Positions 50,477-59,356 of a stretch of 64,000 bases of DNA are shown one piece after another (position 1 is the stretch's first letter; every line of letters begins with the position of its first letter). The stretch is from assembly GCA_965195285.1 (NCBI GenBank), contig CBDAFS010000011.1:9533-73532 (forward strand), written 5' to 3'. Made by a program: the position numbers and the translations under genes. The stretch is from an uncultured Aminicenantes bacterium. Lineage in GTDB: Bacteria; Acidobacteriota; Aminicenantia; UBA2199. The notes beneath the pieces were generated by a model. That model did no database searches, was not told the DNA's origin, and saw only the letters and a list, made by a program, of their open reading frames with translations.

Positions 50477-51952
50477 TTAATCAATCCCAAAGATCATGCC
50501 CAGGATCTTCCCACTTTGGTCAATACTTGAGTAGTCGCCGTTATTTGAGGTGATGAACATCACCACCCCTTCTTTGGGATATATGTACATGTCGTTCTGA
50601 ATGTAGGGATTACCCCCGTTATGGGTGATAACGTCCGTTCCTCTTGAGCTTTTCATCCTGACCCACCCATAAGCATAAAAACTGTCCCCTTCCGGTCCTT
50701 CCGGCACATAAGGGGTGAGGTAATTCTTTTTTTCCTCTGGTGTAAATACCATATTTCCGAGAATCGCCTGTCCCCACTGCAGCATTTCATCGATTGTGCT
50801 GAGTATACCACCGTTGCACTTGAGGTGCCAGCCTGGGCCGTCGGAACCCCACATCTTTTCTGTTGGTTTGCCCCATCTTTTTTTACCTCGGTATCCAACC
50901 ACAATATCTTCGGGATTGTATTTGGGCAGGACATAACCGGTTTTTTTTAGGCCGGCGGGTGAGAGGACATATTTAACTAAGAATTCTTCAAAGGTCATAC
51001 CTGATCCCTTCTCCAAGATTGCACCTGCAATGCTGAAGCCAACATTGGAATAGGAGTACCGTTCTCCAGGTTTCAATTTTAATTGTGTACCCAAAGCCTG
51101 TTTGATAAAGTCATCTCGTTCAATTTTTTCCAGGTCATCGCCGATTGCTCCGGTGAAACCGGCTGTGTGGGTCAAGAGCTGGTGGATGGTTATATTCTTT
51201 TTATCCTTGGGTACATCCTTAAAAAATTTATCCAGGGTATCCTGAAAAGAAACCTTACCCATAGATTCCAACTTTACCATTGCCGCTCCTGTGAACTGTT
51301 TGGCAATGGAACCGATTGTAAAAACGGTTTTTCGGTTAAATACCTGTTTTTTCTCCCGGTCAGCATAGCCGTAGCCCTTGGCAAGGATCAGTTTGTTATC
51401 CTTTATTACACCTAGGGCGCCAGAATAGCCCACTGCTTCCAGGCCGGTCATATATGTGTCTATCTTTTCTGCCAGAGGGCCGATAACCAGGGAATCGTCG
51501 TATTTCGGCCTTTTAATTGTCATTTTAGGCAGTCTGGCCAGGTATTCTGCCGGAGCAGAGGTCATGGAAATATCCATACCCACAACTTTGCCGGGATTAT
51601 CCGCACTGGTCTGCACTATTATTTTGCGCCAGGCTTTTGATCTTTTGCCCAGGGCAGTTACCTGTATATAGTGATTACTGGATTTTTCTATTTTGTATAC
51701 GGTAAACCCTCCGTGACTGTTCTGCAGCATGGTTAAAAATCTGATATGCCGTTCTGCCGGGATCCGGTCCAGCATCTCTGCTGACATAAAATTATTCACA
51801 AATTGTTCAACTCCTCCCTGTTCAAGGCCAGTGAAAAATTTTTTCAGGACTTCCCCGGCCGGAGTGTCAGGTAATGCAGGGGTATCTGCTGTTAAGGAAA
51901 TAGAAAATAAAACAATAATAATCAGTAAAAAAAACCAATTGTATTTAGCCAT
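50477..51952 (-). CDS. Secreted serine hydrolase, beta-lactamase family, with N-terminal extension
   Basis: Signal peptide, IGSIAKQFT (SxxK), LLTHTAG, YSYSN, HNGG; ATG at 51952 with GGAGG RBS. Confidence 0.9.
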   Translation of the reverse strand: MAKYNWFFLLIIIVLFSISLTADTPALPDTPAGEVLKKFFTGLEQGGVEQFVNNFMSAEMLDRIPAERHIRFLTMLQNSHGGFTVYKIEKSSNHYIQVTALGKRSKAWRKIIVQTSADNPGKVVGMDISMTSAPAEYLARLPKMTIKRPKYDDSLVIGPLAEKIDTYMTGLEAVGYSGALGVIKDNKLILAKGYGYADREKKQVFNRKTVFTIGSIAKQFTGAAMVKLESMGKVSFQDTLDKFFKDVPKDKKNITIHQLLTHTAGFTGAIGDDLEKIERDDFIKQALGTQLKLKPGERYSYSNVGFSIAGAILEKGSGMTFEEFLVKYVLSPAGLKKTGYVLPKYNPEDIVVGYRGKKRWGKPTEKMWGSDGPGWHLKCNGGILSTIDEMLQWGQAILGNMVFTPEEKKNYLTPYVPEGPEGDSFYAYGWVRMKSSRGTDVITHNGGNPYIQNDMYIYPKEGVVMFITSNNGDYSSIDQSGKILGMIFGID

Positions 51953-52053
51953 AAAAACCTCCAAAAAACTTTTAGAAATCATCTGTTACCTATTATGATG
52001 CCATTTTTTAAAAAAAGTTCCAAAGACACCTTTCATATCAGTCGGGGAAGGAT

Positions 52054-53136
52054 TTAATAACCTGGAGGAGGAGTGGTGGTCAGCTGTGAAAGAGACCGGC
52101 GGGTGCAGTAGGGGATGAAGTTCCGGTTATAGGATTTGTCGTAGGCATCACTGGCAAATTGCAGGGCATACTCACAGTTGAAAACCGGCAATCCCTGTGA
52201 TTGGAACAGGCTCAGGTTATTGAGGTATTCCTGGCGCCAGTCTTCCGGAACATTCCAGTCATAACCATCCGGAACATTCCAGTTATCGGTGGCATCCCCT
52301 TCAAACCAGATGCCTTCCTGGGCAATTCCATCGATCAAAGAAAAAAGTTCGGGATGACCATTGGCCAGAGCCGAACCGTTCTGCTGAATGATAAAAAAAG
52401 GCGTGGTTCTGGTTTGGGCGTAATCCCTCATTTCCCGGATGAAGTTGATCATTTCTACCCGGGGATTTTTACCCTGCTTTTGGGCTGCTTCTATAACCGC
52501 CTCATTTTCAAATCCCTCGACCCAGTCCAGATAAATCCCGTCAAATCCGTCTTTTATGGTTTCATCAATCATACTGTTGTAATCACCATAAGGACTGCTG
52601 TCCTGGTTATTTCCATGAATGACAATATCTTTCCAGCGGGGATCCCAATAAGCCACCGGGTAATTCCCTTCCCAACCGTCCGGGTCGTGGGTAAGGATAA
52701 AGTCGGGCCAGTCCGGAGGGCGGGGTTCACCCGGCTCCCATTCTGTTGACCAGGTCCAGTACCAGCGCCAGTCTTCTGCCTGGCCGATATCGATGTAAGC
52801 GATCAATAGTTTTCGGTGGATTCCGTCACTGGCCAATGAATTTTTTAATTGTTCCACCATTCCCTGGGTATCAAAAAGCTTGTCATCCGAAGACCAGTCC
52901 GTGCGGGTGGGTTCAACAACCAGCAGGTCATAATGGGAATTTGTTAATTGGTCCACAGCTCCGTTTTCAGAAATCTCCTGAATCTGGTAAGCCCAGAATT
53001 TGATTTCATTTAAAGGTAAAACGTTATCCGAAGATTGGCTGTCATCAATGGTTGAACAACAAACCAGGAACATTAGGATAGAAATAAAAACGGAGTAAGG
53101 TACATTTTTTTTACGAGAGATGGTTTTTCCGATCAT
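52054..53136 (-). CDS. GH114/TM1410-like endo-alpha-1,4-polygalactosaminidase family putative lipoprotein
   Basis: WAYQIQ, IAYIDIGQAEDWRWYW, WEGNYPVAYW, GFDGIYLDWV, IQQNG, GIAQE, NCEYA; hydrophobic leader ending LVCC. Confidence 0.82.
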   Translation of the reverse strand: MIGKTISRKKNVPYSVFISILMFLVCCSTIDDSQSSDNVLPLNEIKFWAYQIQEISENGAVDQLTNSHYDLLVVEPTRTDWSSDDKLFDTQGMVEQLKNSLASDGIHRKLLIAYIDIGQAEDWRWYWTWSTEWEPGEPRPPDWPDFILTHDPDGWEGNYPVAYWDPRWKDIVIHGNNQDSSPYGDYNSMIDETIKDGFDGIYLDWVEGFENEAVIEAAQKQGKNPRVEMINFIREMRDYAQTRTTPFFIIQQNGSALANGHPELFSLIDGIAQEGIWFEGDATDNWNVPDGYDWNVPEDWRQEYLNNLSLFQSQGLPVFNCEYALQFASDAYDKSYNRNFIPYCTRRSLSQLTTTPPPGY

Positions 53137-55517
53137 TCCTCCAGACCTATGTCCCTCAGCATCTTTTTGATCCTGGGGTCCTTTAATAGCGGATCACATC
53201 GGCCCAGGCCATATCGGCTCAGGATGGTAATATCTCGATGCTCGATCGCCTTTTTGTACCATTTTATGGCTTTATCCATATCACCCAATTCGGCATAAAT
53301 AATGGCTATGATACCGGGATAGATGGATGCCACTTCTAAAAGAGTGGTTTGTAATTCCTGAAAAAATTTTCTGGCTTGATTTATTTTTCCCTGCGAGATT
53401 AGAATCCGGAATTTCATATATTCAAAAAATTGGGGAATTTTTGATTGGGATGCCAGTTCCAGTACTTTATCATAAGACTTTTCCTCCAGGTAAGCATTTA
53501 TCAGGATTAAATTAGCCAGCTCCATATTTGGATTTATTAATAAAACCCTGTTTACCAATTTTATTGATTCAGGGTATTTTTTTTCTGATAGATAGATGTT
53601 TGCCCTTACCAATTTGGTAATGAATGAAAGGGGATTCAGTTCCTCGGCCAGGTTGAGCTCTTTGTGGGCTAATTTAAACTTCCCTCGGATAAAATAGTGC
53701 TCGGCCAGCCACTGGTGGGCAGTGGCATAGTTGGGATTTAGGGAAATGGATTTTTTTAATGCTTGCTCAGCGCCGGTGAAATCCCAGGTCCAGTAGTTTT
53801 TTATTCCGCCAAGGGCTGCATGTGCCTCGGCCAGGTTTTTATCCAGTTTTAAGGCTTTAAGACAATATATTTCAGCTTTAGGGTAAACAATTTTTGATTC
53901 TCCAAAGTGCAAATCGCCTATCACCAGGTAGGTCAGAGCCAGGCCAGCATAACCCAGAGCATAATCAGGATCTAACTCCACTGCTTTTTCAAAATAAGAA
54001 ATGGCCTTTTCAAGGTCCTGAGAGGTCCGTCTGTTCCAGTGGGATCTGCCCTGCAGGTATAATTTATATGCTTCTATATTTTCGGTGGGTTTTTGATAAA
54101 TTCTTTTGCTGGTGGTCGGCAGAAGTTTTACTCTCAGAGTTTTGGCAATCTGGTTGGCCACATCACTCTGGATGTCGAAGATATCTTTCATCTCTCTGTC
54201 ATAGGTTTCAGCCCAGAGATGGTCATCGGTCAGAGCATTGATCAATTGAGCGGTAATACGCACTTTCCCCTTGGTCTGGCGTACACTGCCCTCTAAAATC
54301 GTGGTGACACCCAGTTCATGGGCAATATCTTTTATCTTCTTTTCCTTATTTTTGAAATAAAAAACCGAAGTCCGGGAGGTCACTTTCAGGTCAGAGATTT
54401 TGGATAGCTGGGTAATGATATCTTCGGTAATGCCGTCACAAAAATACTCGTTTTGTTTGTCCTCACTCATGTTTTTAAACGGTAGCACTGCAATTGATTT
54501 ACTTTCCAGATGTGCGGGTTTGGAGAGAAAAAAGATGTAAATAAATATAAAAATTATGATGATTGAAACTGATAATCCGGCGATGAGAAATTTCTTTTTT
54601 TTATTTGTTGATGTGATTTCGGTCATTTTTTGTTCTTTGTTTTGAGATTTAAATTTATTGAATATATCTTTAAGGGTTAACTTTATTTCACTGACATTTT
54701 GATGCCGCTTATCTGGATTTTTTTCCAGCATTTGGTTTACCAGGTCTTCAAGTTCTTGGGGAATATCTGTGGCAATATTGGATAAGGGTACTGATTCTTC
54801 ATTTATAATGGAGTAGACAATGGCCTGCTCGTAATCCCCCCGGAAAGGGAGCTGCCCGGTGAGCATTTCATATAAAACCACTCCAAAAGACCAGATATCG
54901 GTTCGATGATCCACTTCCTTGCCCATTGCCTGTTCCGGGGACATGTAATTGGTCGTGCCCATGGTGGTGCCGATTTTGGTGATGGAGGGCGAATAGCCAT
55001 TCGCTTCTACACGCAACTTGGCTAGACCAAAGTCCAGAATTTTGATCCGGTCGTCTTTATCGATCAGAATATTCTGGGGTTTGATATCCCGGTGAACGAT
55101 TCCGGCTTCGTGGGCTTTTGACAGGCCCTCGCAGATTTGGATAGTTATATTGATGATTCCCTTTATTGTAGGGGCAATCCTCGCGGTTGCCCGGGCAGGG
55201 GCAAGCCCTGCCCCTACACCTGATATGATTTCCTTTAAGGTCTGGCCTTCCACATATTCCATGGCTATATAGGTTTGGTCCTCATATTCATTGATCTCAT
55301 GAATGGTGATTATATTGGGGTGATTCAAGGCAGCTGCAGCTTTGGCCTCCCTTTCAAAGCGCTCTTTAGCTTGTTGATCTTTGGTATACTCCTTGGGAAG
55401 AAATTTTAGGGCAACTTTTCTATCTAATTTAGTATCTTCAGCCAGGAACACTTCACCCATACCTCCTTCACCGAGTTTTTCCAGGATCTTATAGTGTGAA
55501 ATAGTTTTGCCGATCAT
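53133..55517 (-). CDS. Membrane Ser/Thr protein kinase with TolB-like and TPR C-terminal domains (kinase 2)
   Basis: Same catalytic motifs as kinase 1; TM helix; SIAVLPF; TPRs. Confidence 0.96.
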   Translation of the reverse strand: MIGKTISHYKILEKLGEGGMGEVFLAEDTKLDRKVALKFLPKEYTKDQQAKERFEREAKAAAALNHPNIITIHEINEYEDQTYIAMEYVEGQTLKEIISGVGAGLAPARATARIAPTIKGIINITIQICEGLSKAHEAGIVHRDIKPQNILIDKDDRIKILDFGLAKLRVEANGYSPSITKIGTTMGTTNYMSPEQAMGKEVDHRTDIWSFGVVLYEMLTGQLPFRGDYEQAIVYSIINEESVPLSNIATDIPQELEDLVNQMLEKNPDKRHQNVSEIKLTLKDIFNKFKSQNKEQKMTEITSTNKKKKFLIAGLSVSIIIIFIFIYIFFLSKPAHLESKSIAVLPFKNMSEDKQNEYFCDGITEDIITQLSKISDLKVTSRTSVFYFKNKEKKIKDIAHELGVTTILEGSVRQTKGKVRITAQLINALTDDHLWAETYDREMKDIFDIQSDVANQIAKTLRVKLLPTTSKRIYQKPTENIEAYKLYLQGRSHWNRRTSQDLEKAISYFEKAVELDPDYALGYAGLALTYLVIGDLHFGESKIVYPKAEIYCLKALKLDKNLAEAHAALGGIKNYWTWDFTGAEQALKKSISLNPNYATAHQWLAEHYFIRGKFKLAHKELNLAEELNPLSFITKLVRANIYLSEKKYPESIKLVNRVLLINPNMELANLILINAYLEEKSYDKVLELASQSKIPQFFEYMKFRILISQGKINQARKFFQELQTTLLEVASIYPGIIAIIYAELGDMDKAIKWYKKAIEHRDITILSRYGLGRCDPLLKDPRIKKMLRDIGLEE
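54987..55011 (-). repeat. Single GTAG-type REP-like palindrome, in frame in the kinase 2 activation loop
   Basis: Identical to 48181-48205. Confidence 0.65.
55167..55218. repeat. GTAG-type REP doublet (REPIN-like), in frame in kinase 2
   Basis: Identical 52-bp sequence to 48361-48412. Confidence 0.88.
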
Positions 55518-55610
55518 TCTCTCTTTTCCCTCTATTTTATATCAAATTCAAATTTTATTTTCAATGAATTTGCATTACTTTTACGAGATAGACGATTGGT
55601 TGGAGTTCGG

Positions 55611-55649
55611 TTGACATATATAAGATATGATATTCCTATATGTATAGGA
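55611..55649 (+). promoter_or_regulatory. vapBC promoter/operator region
   Basis: TTGACA at 55611; inverted repeats CATAT-ataag-ATATG (55615-55629) and TCCTATA-tg-TATAGGA (55634-55649), the latter overlapping the AGGAG RBS. Typical of TA autorepression operators. Confidence 0.6.
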
Positions 55650-55656
55650 GATACAG

Positions 55657-55860
55657 ATGAGAACCACGCTTTATGTCAATGATTCACTGATTCAGTCCAT
55701 AAAAAGGTATGCTGGTAACCTGAATAAAACTGAAATCATCAATCAAGCTCTTGAAGAGTATCTGGCCAGATTAAAAAGAGAAAAACTTAAAAATGCTTTT
55801 GGGAAGATCCGGATAGATTTGGATGTGCGGGAATACCGGAATCGAGAAAGCAATGAGTAG
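55657..55860 (+). CDS. vapB: VapB-family antitoxin (ribbon-helix-helix type)
   Basis: MRTTLYVNDSLI...NKTEIINQALEEY; immediately upstream of and overlapping a PIN toxin gene. Confidence 0.88.
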   Translation: MRTTLYVNDSLIQSIKRYAGNLNKTEIINQALEEYLARLKREKLKNAFGKIRIDLDVREYRNRESNE

Positions 55861-56257
55861 GTATCTGGTTGACACCTCGGTCTGGATTGATTTTTTCCGG
55901 GGCAAATCCGAAGTGATTAAAAATCGCCTTCTTCAATTACTGAATGAGAATGCCATCTGTTTCAACGGGATTATCCTGTCCGAGTTGATAATCGGAGCCA
56001 GAACCCGAAAGGAGTTAAATTTCATTAAGGACAATTTTGAAGGCCTGATTTATCTGGAAATGGACCGGGATTTTTTTGTATATGCATCGGAGATTGGCAA
56101 TCAGGTAAAAAAAAGCGGAAAAACCATTTTATTTTCCGATTTATTGATGATGGCCCATGCCAGAAGATATGATTTGATCGTTTTTACCCGAGACAAGCAT
56201 TTCGAATCTCTGGGACAATCCCTGAATTTTCAATATGAAATTATTCAAAATTGTTAG
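55853..56257 (+). CDS. vapC: VapC PIN-domain ribonuclease toxin
   Basis: LVDTSVWIDFF, ILSEL, FSDLL, TRDKHF; ATG at 55853. Confidence 0.92.
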   Translation: MSRYLVDTSVWIDFFRGKSEVIKNRLLQLLNENAICFNGIILSELIIGARTRKELNFIKDNFEGLIYLEMDRDFFVYASEIGNQVKKSGKTILFSDLLMMAHARRYDLIVFTRDKHFESLGQSLNFQYEIIQNC

Positions 56258-56263
56258 CAGGTT

Positions 56264-56788
56264 TTATTTAACCAGGCCGGCCAGAACTTTTAAGTTCAGT
56301 TGTTCCGCAGTGGCCTTTAATTCCCGGGTGTCTTTGATTTCACTGGCTTCCAGTTGGACTATGAATCGGTCAGCCACTAAAATTATGATAGTGGCTTCTT
56401 TTCTTTTATATCGATAGGTTTCGATGGCAGTGAAATCTTTAATATTTATCTTCTTCACGTATTCATCCGAGGTGTCGATTTCAAACTGGGACATGGCCTT
56501 GAATCCGGCATAAGCCATTGGCGCATATCCACCGTCTATAATCTGAATTTCCAGTTCGATTCCATTTTTGGTGTATTCCCTTTCAACCTGGGACATTTTA
56601 AGATTTCCCATGTTCACGGTTGACCCGGTTGCATCTCCCCGTGCTTTCCAGCCCTCTATGTCAGTCAGGAAAGGAATCAGTTCTCTCCAGTTAACTGGAT
56701 CTACCGGTTTGGGCTGGGATACTACCTGGAGTGTAAAGCAAATGGTTAAAAAAACAAACATGATAACAACAATTATTCCTCTTTTCAT
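56264..56788 (-). CDS. Secreted hypothetical protein
   Basis: Signal peptide, GGAGG RBS, translationally close to the upstream GH20 gene; no function recognised. Confidence 0.75.
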   Translation of the reverse strand: MKRGIIVVIMFVFLTICFTLQVVSQPKPVDPVNWRELIPFLTDIEGWKARGDATGSTVNMGNLKMSQVEREYTKNGIELEIQIIDGGYAPMAYAGFKAMSQFEIDTSDEYVKKINIKDFTAIETYRYKRKEATIIILVADRFIVQLEASEIKDTRELKATAEQLNLKVLAGLVK

Positions 56789-56801
56789 TTATTCCTCCTT
56801 A

Positions 56802-58850
56802 TTATGGTTTTATTTTTTCTAATAACTTCTCGATCGAAGCTACAATCATCAATTCTGTATCTCCCCGGGGCTGTTTGACTTTTTCCAGGATTTTCTTTTT
56901 TTCTTCTATCCAGATTTTAGGGGCTTTTTTCTGGTTTTTTATGAGTTTTAGGGTTTCCAATCCGATTTCAGCTATAACGGATAGATCTTCTGACAGGGTT
57001 TCAATCTCTTTCAAAACCGGAGATTGATGGATGATGGATTTGAGTTTGGGATGATTATTCTTCCAGAGGGAAAGCCATTTTTTTAATTCTTGATCAATAT
57101 CCGGGGTTTGATCTTCAAGAAATAGTTTCACTTTTTTCCGGAACTCCCGGGCGATCCTGGCATCCGGGAATGCAGCATCAACAACTCTGGTCAGAGGTGT
57201 AAAGTATGTATAGCCTACAGCGGAATTATGCCTCTGGTATTCCTTAAGAGGTTCAATGACATCGATTAAATTTTTTAAGCTTATAAAACATTTTCCCCGG
57301 GATAACCTTCTCAACATCATCGCCTGATTCTTTTTGTGCATTACACCATAGTCTTCAAGGTGAAGGGAAATTATTTCCAGCCGCCGATACATATCATCAA
57401 TATCTTTTATGGTTGCCGGTGACCACAGGCGTTCGGCAATAGCTGCGGTTCGGGGCCAGATTCGGGAATCCACTGTTTCCGGTGAAACCAACTCCGCCCA
57501 CATGGTAGCCTCGCCTCCCAGAATCAATTTTTTCTGTTTCTTTTTTAAAGACAGACCTTCGGGCAAAGGATCATTTAAATAGTGAAAATCGGTTGGTTGC
57601 ATCAGGTCGATATAATATCCCTTTGATAATATCACCTGATAGCCTTTTTGGGCAGCTTCAACAAGAAATTTTTCTCCTCGCCAAGACTGAGCAACAATAT
57701 TTTTGGGAAAACCAGGCTGGGCTATTTCTTCCCATCCGGCCATCTTTTTTCCATGTTTGGTAAGAATTTCTAATATCCGGCGATTAAAATAGGCTTGCAG
57801 AGCATGGTTATCAGGGATATGGTTTTTTTTCATAAAATCCTGAATTTCCGGATTGGCATTCCACTGTTTTCCGGTTACCTCATCACCGCCGATATGGATG
57901 TATGCATCCGGAAACAAAACAGTCATTTCCGCGAAAAATTTGTCAAAAAAAAGGTAGGTTTTTTCCAGGATTGGATTAAAGCAGGGATCAAAGATCCCGA
58001 AATTTCGTTCGATTGTATAAGGACCGGGTGCACTGGCCAGTTCCGGATAGCCCACCAGCCAGCTGGTGGAGTGACCGGGAATATCAAATTCCGGCATCAC
58101 CCGGATGCCCCGGTCAGCGGCAAAGGTTATTACCTCTTTAATCTGTTCCTGGGTGTAGTATAGGCCATCAGATCCCATTAGATGAAGCTTGGGATGGGTT
58201 TTACATTCCACCCGGAAACCTTGATCTTCAGTCAGATGCCAGTGCAGGACATTTAATTTTACCGCGCTCATGCCCTCCAGATTCCGTTTTATGACTTCAA
58301 CGGGCATAAAATGGCGGCAGGAATCAATGAGCAGACCCCTCCAGGTAAACCGGGGTAGATCCTGGATCTCTATGCCCTGAAAGTAATAGCCGTTATTATC
58401 AACGCTCAGCAGTTGGAGCAGTGTTTCAATTCCCCGTAAGATACCGATATCGGTTTCGGCCGAAAGCTCGATTTGTCGGGAACAGACTTTCAGGATATAG
58501 GATTCATCCTCATGGATCTCCAATTTGCCCGACCGTTTACAGACCATGAGCAGAGCGGCTTTTTGAGATGAGCCGGGAGGCGAAGCCCGGAAGGCATTGA
58601 AGGTCAATCCGGTTCGGTTCGAAAGCCTGACCAGCATTCGATTGACTGCCCTGGTCATCCGTTCAGGCCGGGGACCCAGAAGTCGAACCGAAAATGAATC
58701 GGTGAGCCTGAACCCATCGGTCCGGATCTGTATCCGGGCCGGGATCGGTAGAAGATTCATCTGATCCGGTTGAGGTTGGGCAGGCTCCGATTTCAGGATA
58801 CCATTCGACAGCATCAGAACCAGGATCAAAAGTAGTTTAATCATTTTCAC
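56802..58850 (-). CDS. Beta-N-acetylhexosaminidase (GH20)
   Basis: DLPRFTWRGLLIDSCRHF, LHWHLTEDQG, PEFDIPGHS, HIGGDEV (catalytic), GGEATMWAE, WPRTAAIAERLWS. Confidence 0.95.
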   Translation of the reverse strand: MKMIKLLLILVLMLSNGILKSEPAQPQPDQMNLLPIPARIQIRTDGFRLTDSFSVRLLGPRPERMTRAVNRMLVRLSNRTGLTFNAFRASPPGSSQKAALLMVCKRSGKLEIHEDESYILKVCSRQIELSAETDIGILRGIETLLQLLSVDNNGYYFQGIEIQDLPRFTWRGLLIDSCRHFMPVEVIKRNLEGMSAVKLNVLHWHLTEDQGFRVECKTHPKLHLMGSDGLYYTQEQIKEVITFAADRGIRVMPEFDIPGHSTSWLVGYPELASAPGPYTIERNFGIFDPCFNPILEKTYLFFDKFFAEMTVLFPDAYIHIGGDEVTGKQWNANPEIQDFMKKNHIPDNHALQAYFNRRILEILTKHGKKMAGWEEIAQPGFPKNIVAQSWRGEKFLVEAAQKGYQVILSKGYYIDLMQPTDFHYLNDPLPEGLSLKKKQKKLILGGEATMWAELVSPETVDSRIWPRTAAIAERLWSPATIKDIDDMYRRLEIISLHLEDYGVMHKKNQAMMLRRLSRGKCFISLKNLIDVIEPLKEYQRHNSAVGYTYFTPLTRVVDAAFPDARIAREFRKKVKLFLEDQTPDIDQELKKWLSLWKNNHPKLKSIIHQSPVLKEIETLSEDLSVIAEIGLETLKLIKNQKKAPKIWIEEKKKILEKVKQPRGDTELMIVASIEKLLEKIKP

Positions 58851-58969
58851 CCCTTTTTTATATTATATAGAAAAGCAGTGAGAAAGTTAAATAGTCAATC
58901 TGATTTTATTTAAAAAAAAATAAAATTATACTATTATAATATACATTGAAAACATAATAGGCAAAAAAC

Positions 58970-59356
58970 ATGAAATGGTTACTGATCATTCTGGTTTTCA
59001 GCCAGCAATTCCTGTTAAGACAGCCCATTCAGATGGCCATTGAATCCGGAGACTTCACTCATCTTGAAGCCATCTGCCAGGAAGAGGTGTCGGTCAATTT
59101 TGAAGAGCCTTTTCACTTGAACGGCTATTTTTCCCGTGAGAAATTTATTGCTGGTTTTTCCGGGCAATTTTCAAAATATGAATTGAGAAAATTCGAATGG
59201 CTGACTCGTCAGATTGAAGAAAAATTTGCCATTCAGTCCCTGAATGTCATATTGAAAAACAAAAGGTCTGAAAAATTAATCTATTACAAATTTATTTTTT
59301 TTATGACCCAAGATAAAACATGGAAACTTTATTATCTAAGAGGTCTAAGAATTTAA
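58970..59356 (+). CDS. Secreted hypothetical protein (possible NTF2/SnoaL-like fold)
   Basis: 128-aa ORF with a short hydrophobic leader, overlapping the downstream kinase start; WKL near the C-terminus. Confidence 0.65.
   Translation: MKWLLIILVFSQQFLLRQPIQMAIESGDFTHLEAICQEEVSVNFEEPFHLNGYFSREKFIAGFSGQFSKYELRKFEWLTRQIEEKFAIQSLNVILKNKRSEKLIYYKFIFFMTQDKTWKLYYLRGLRI

Larger units (their letters stand above)
54922..55265. repeat. Second copy of the kinase internal near-identical repeat
   Basis: Aligns to 48116-48459 as described for that feature. Confidence 0.9.

Noticed and set aside
48116-55265. Kinase repeat pair as a diversity-generating retroelement template/variable repeat
   Set aside because: Mismatches are not adenine-specific and are mostly synonymous, both copies lie in catalytic domains, and no reverse transcriptase is in the window.
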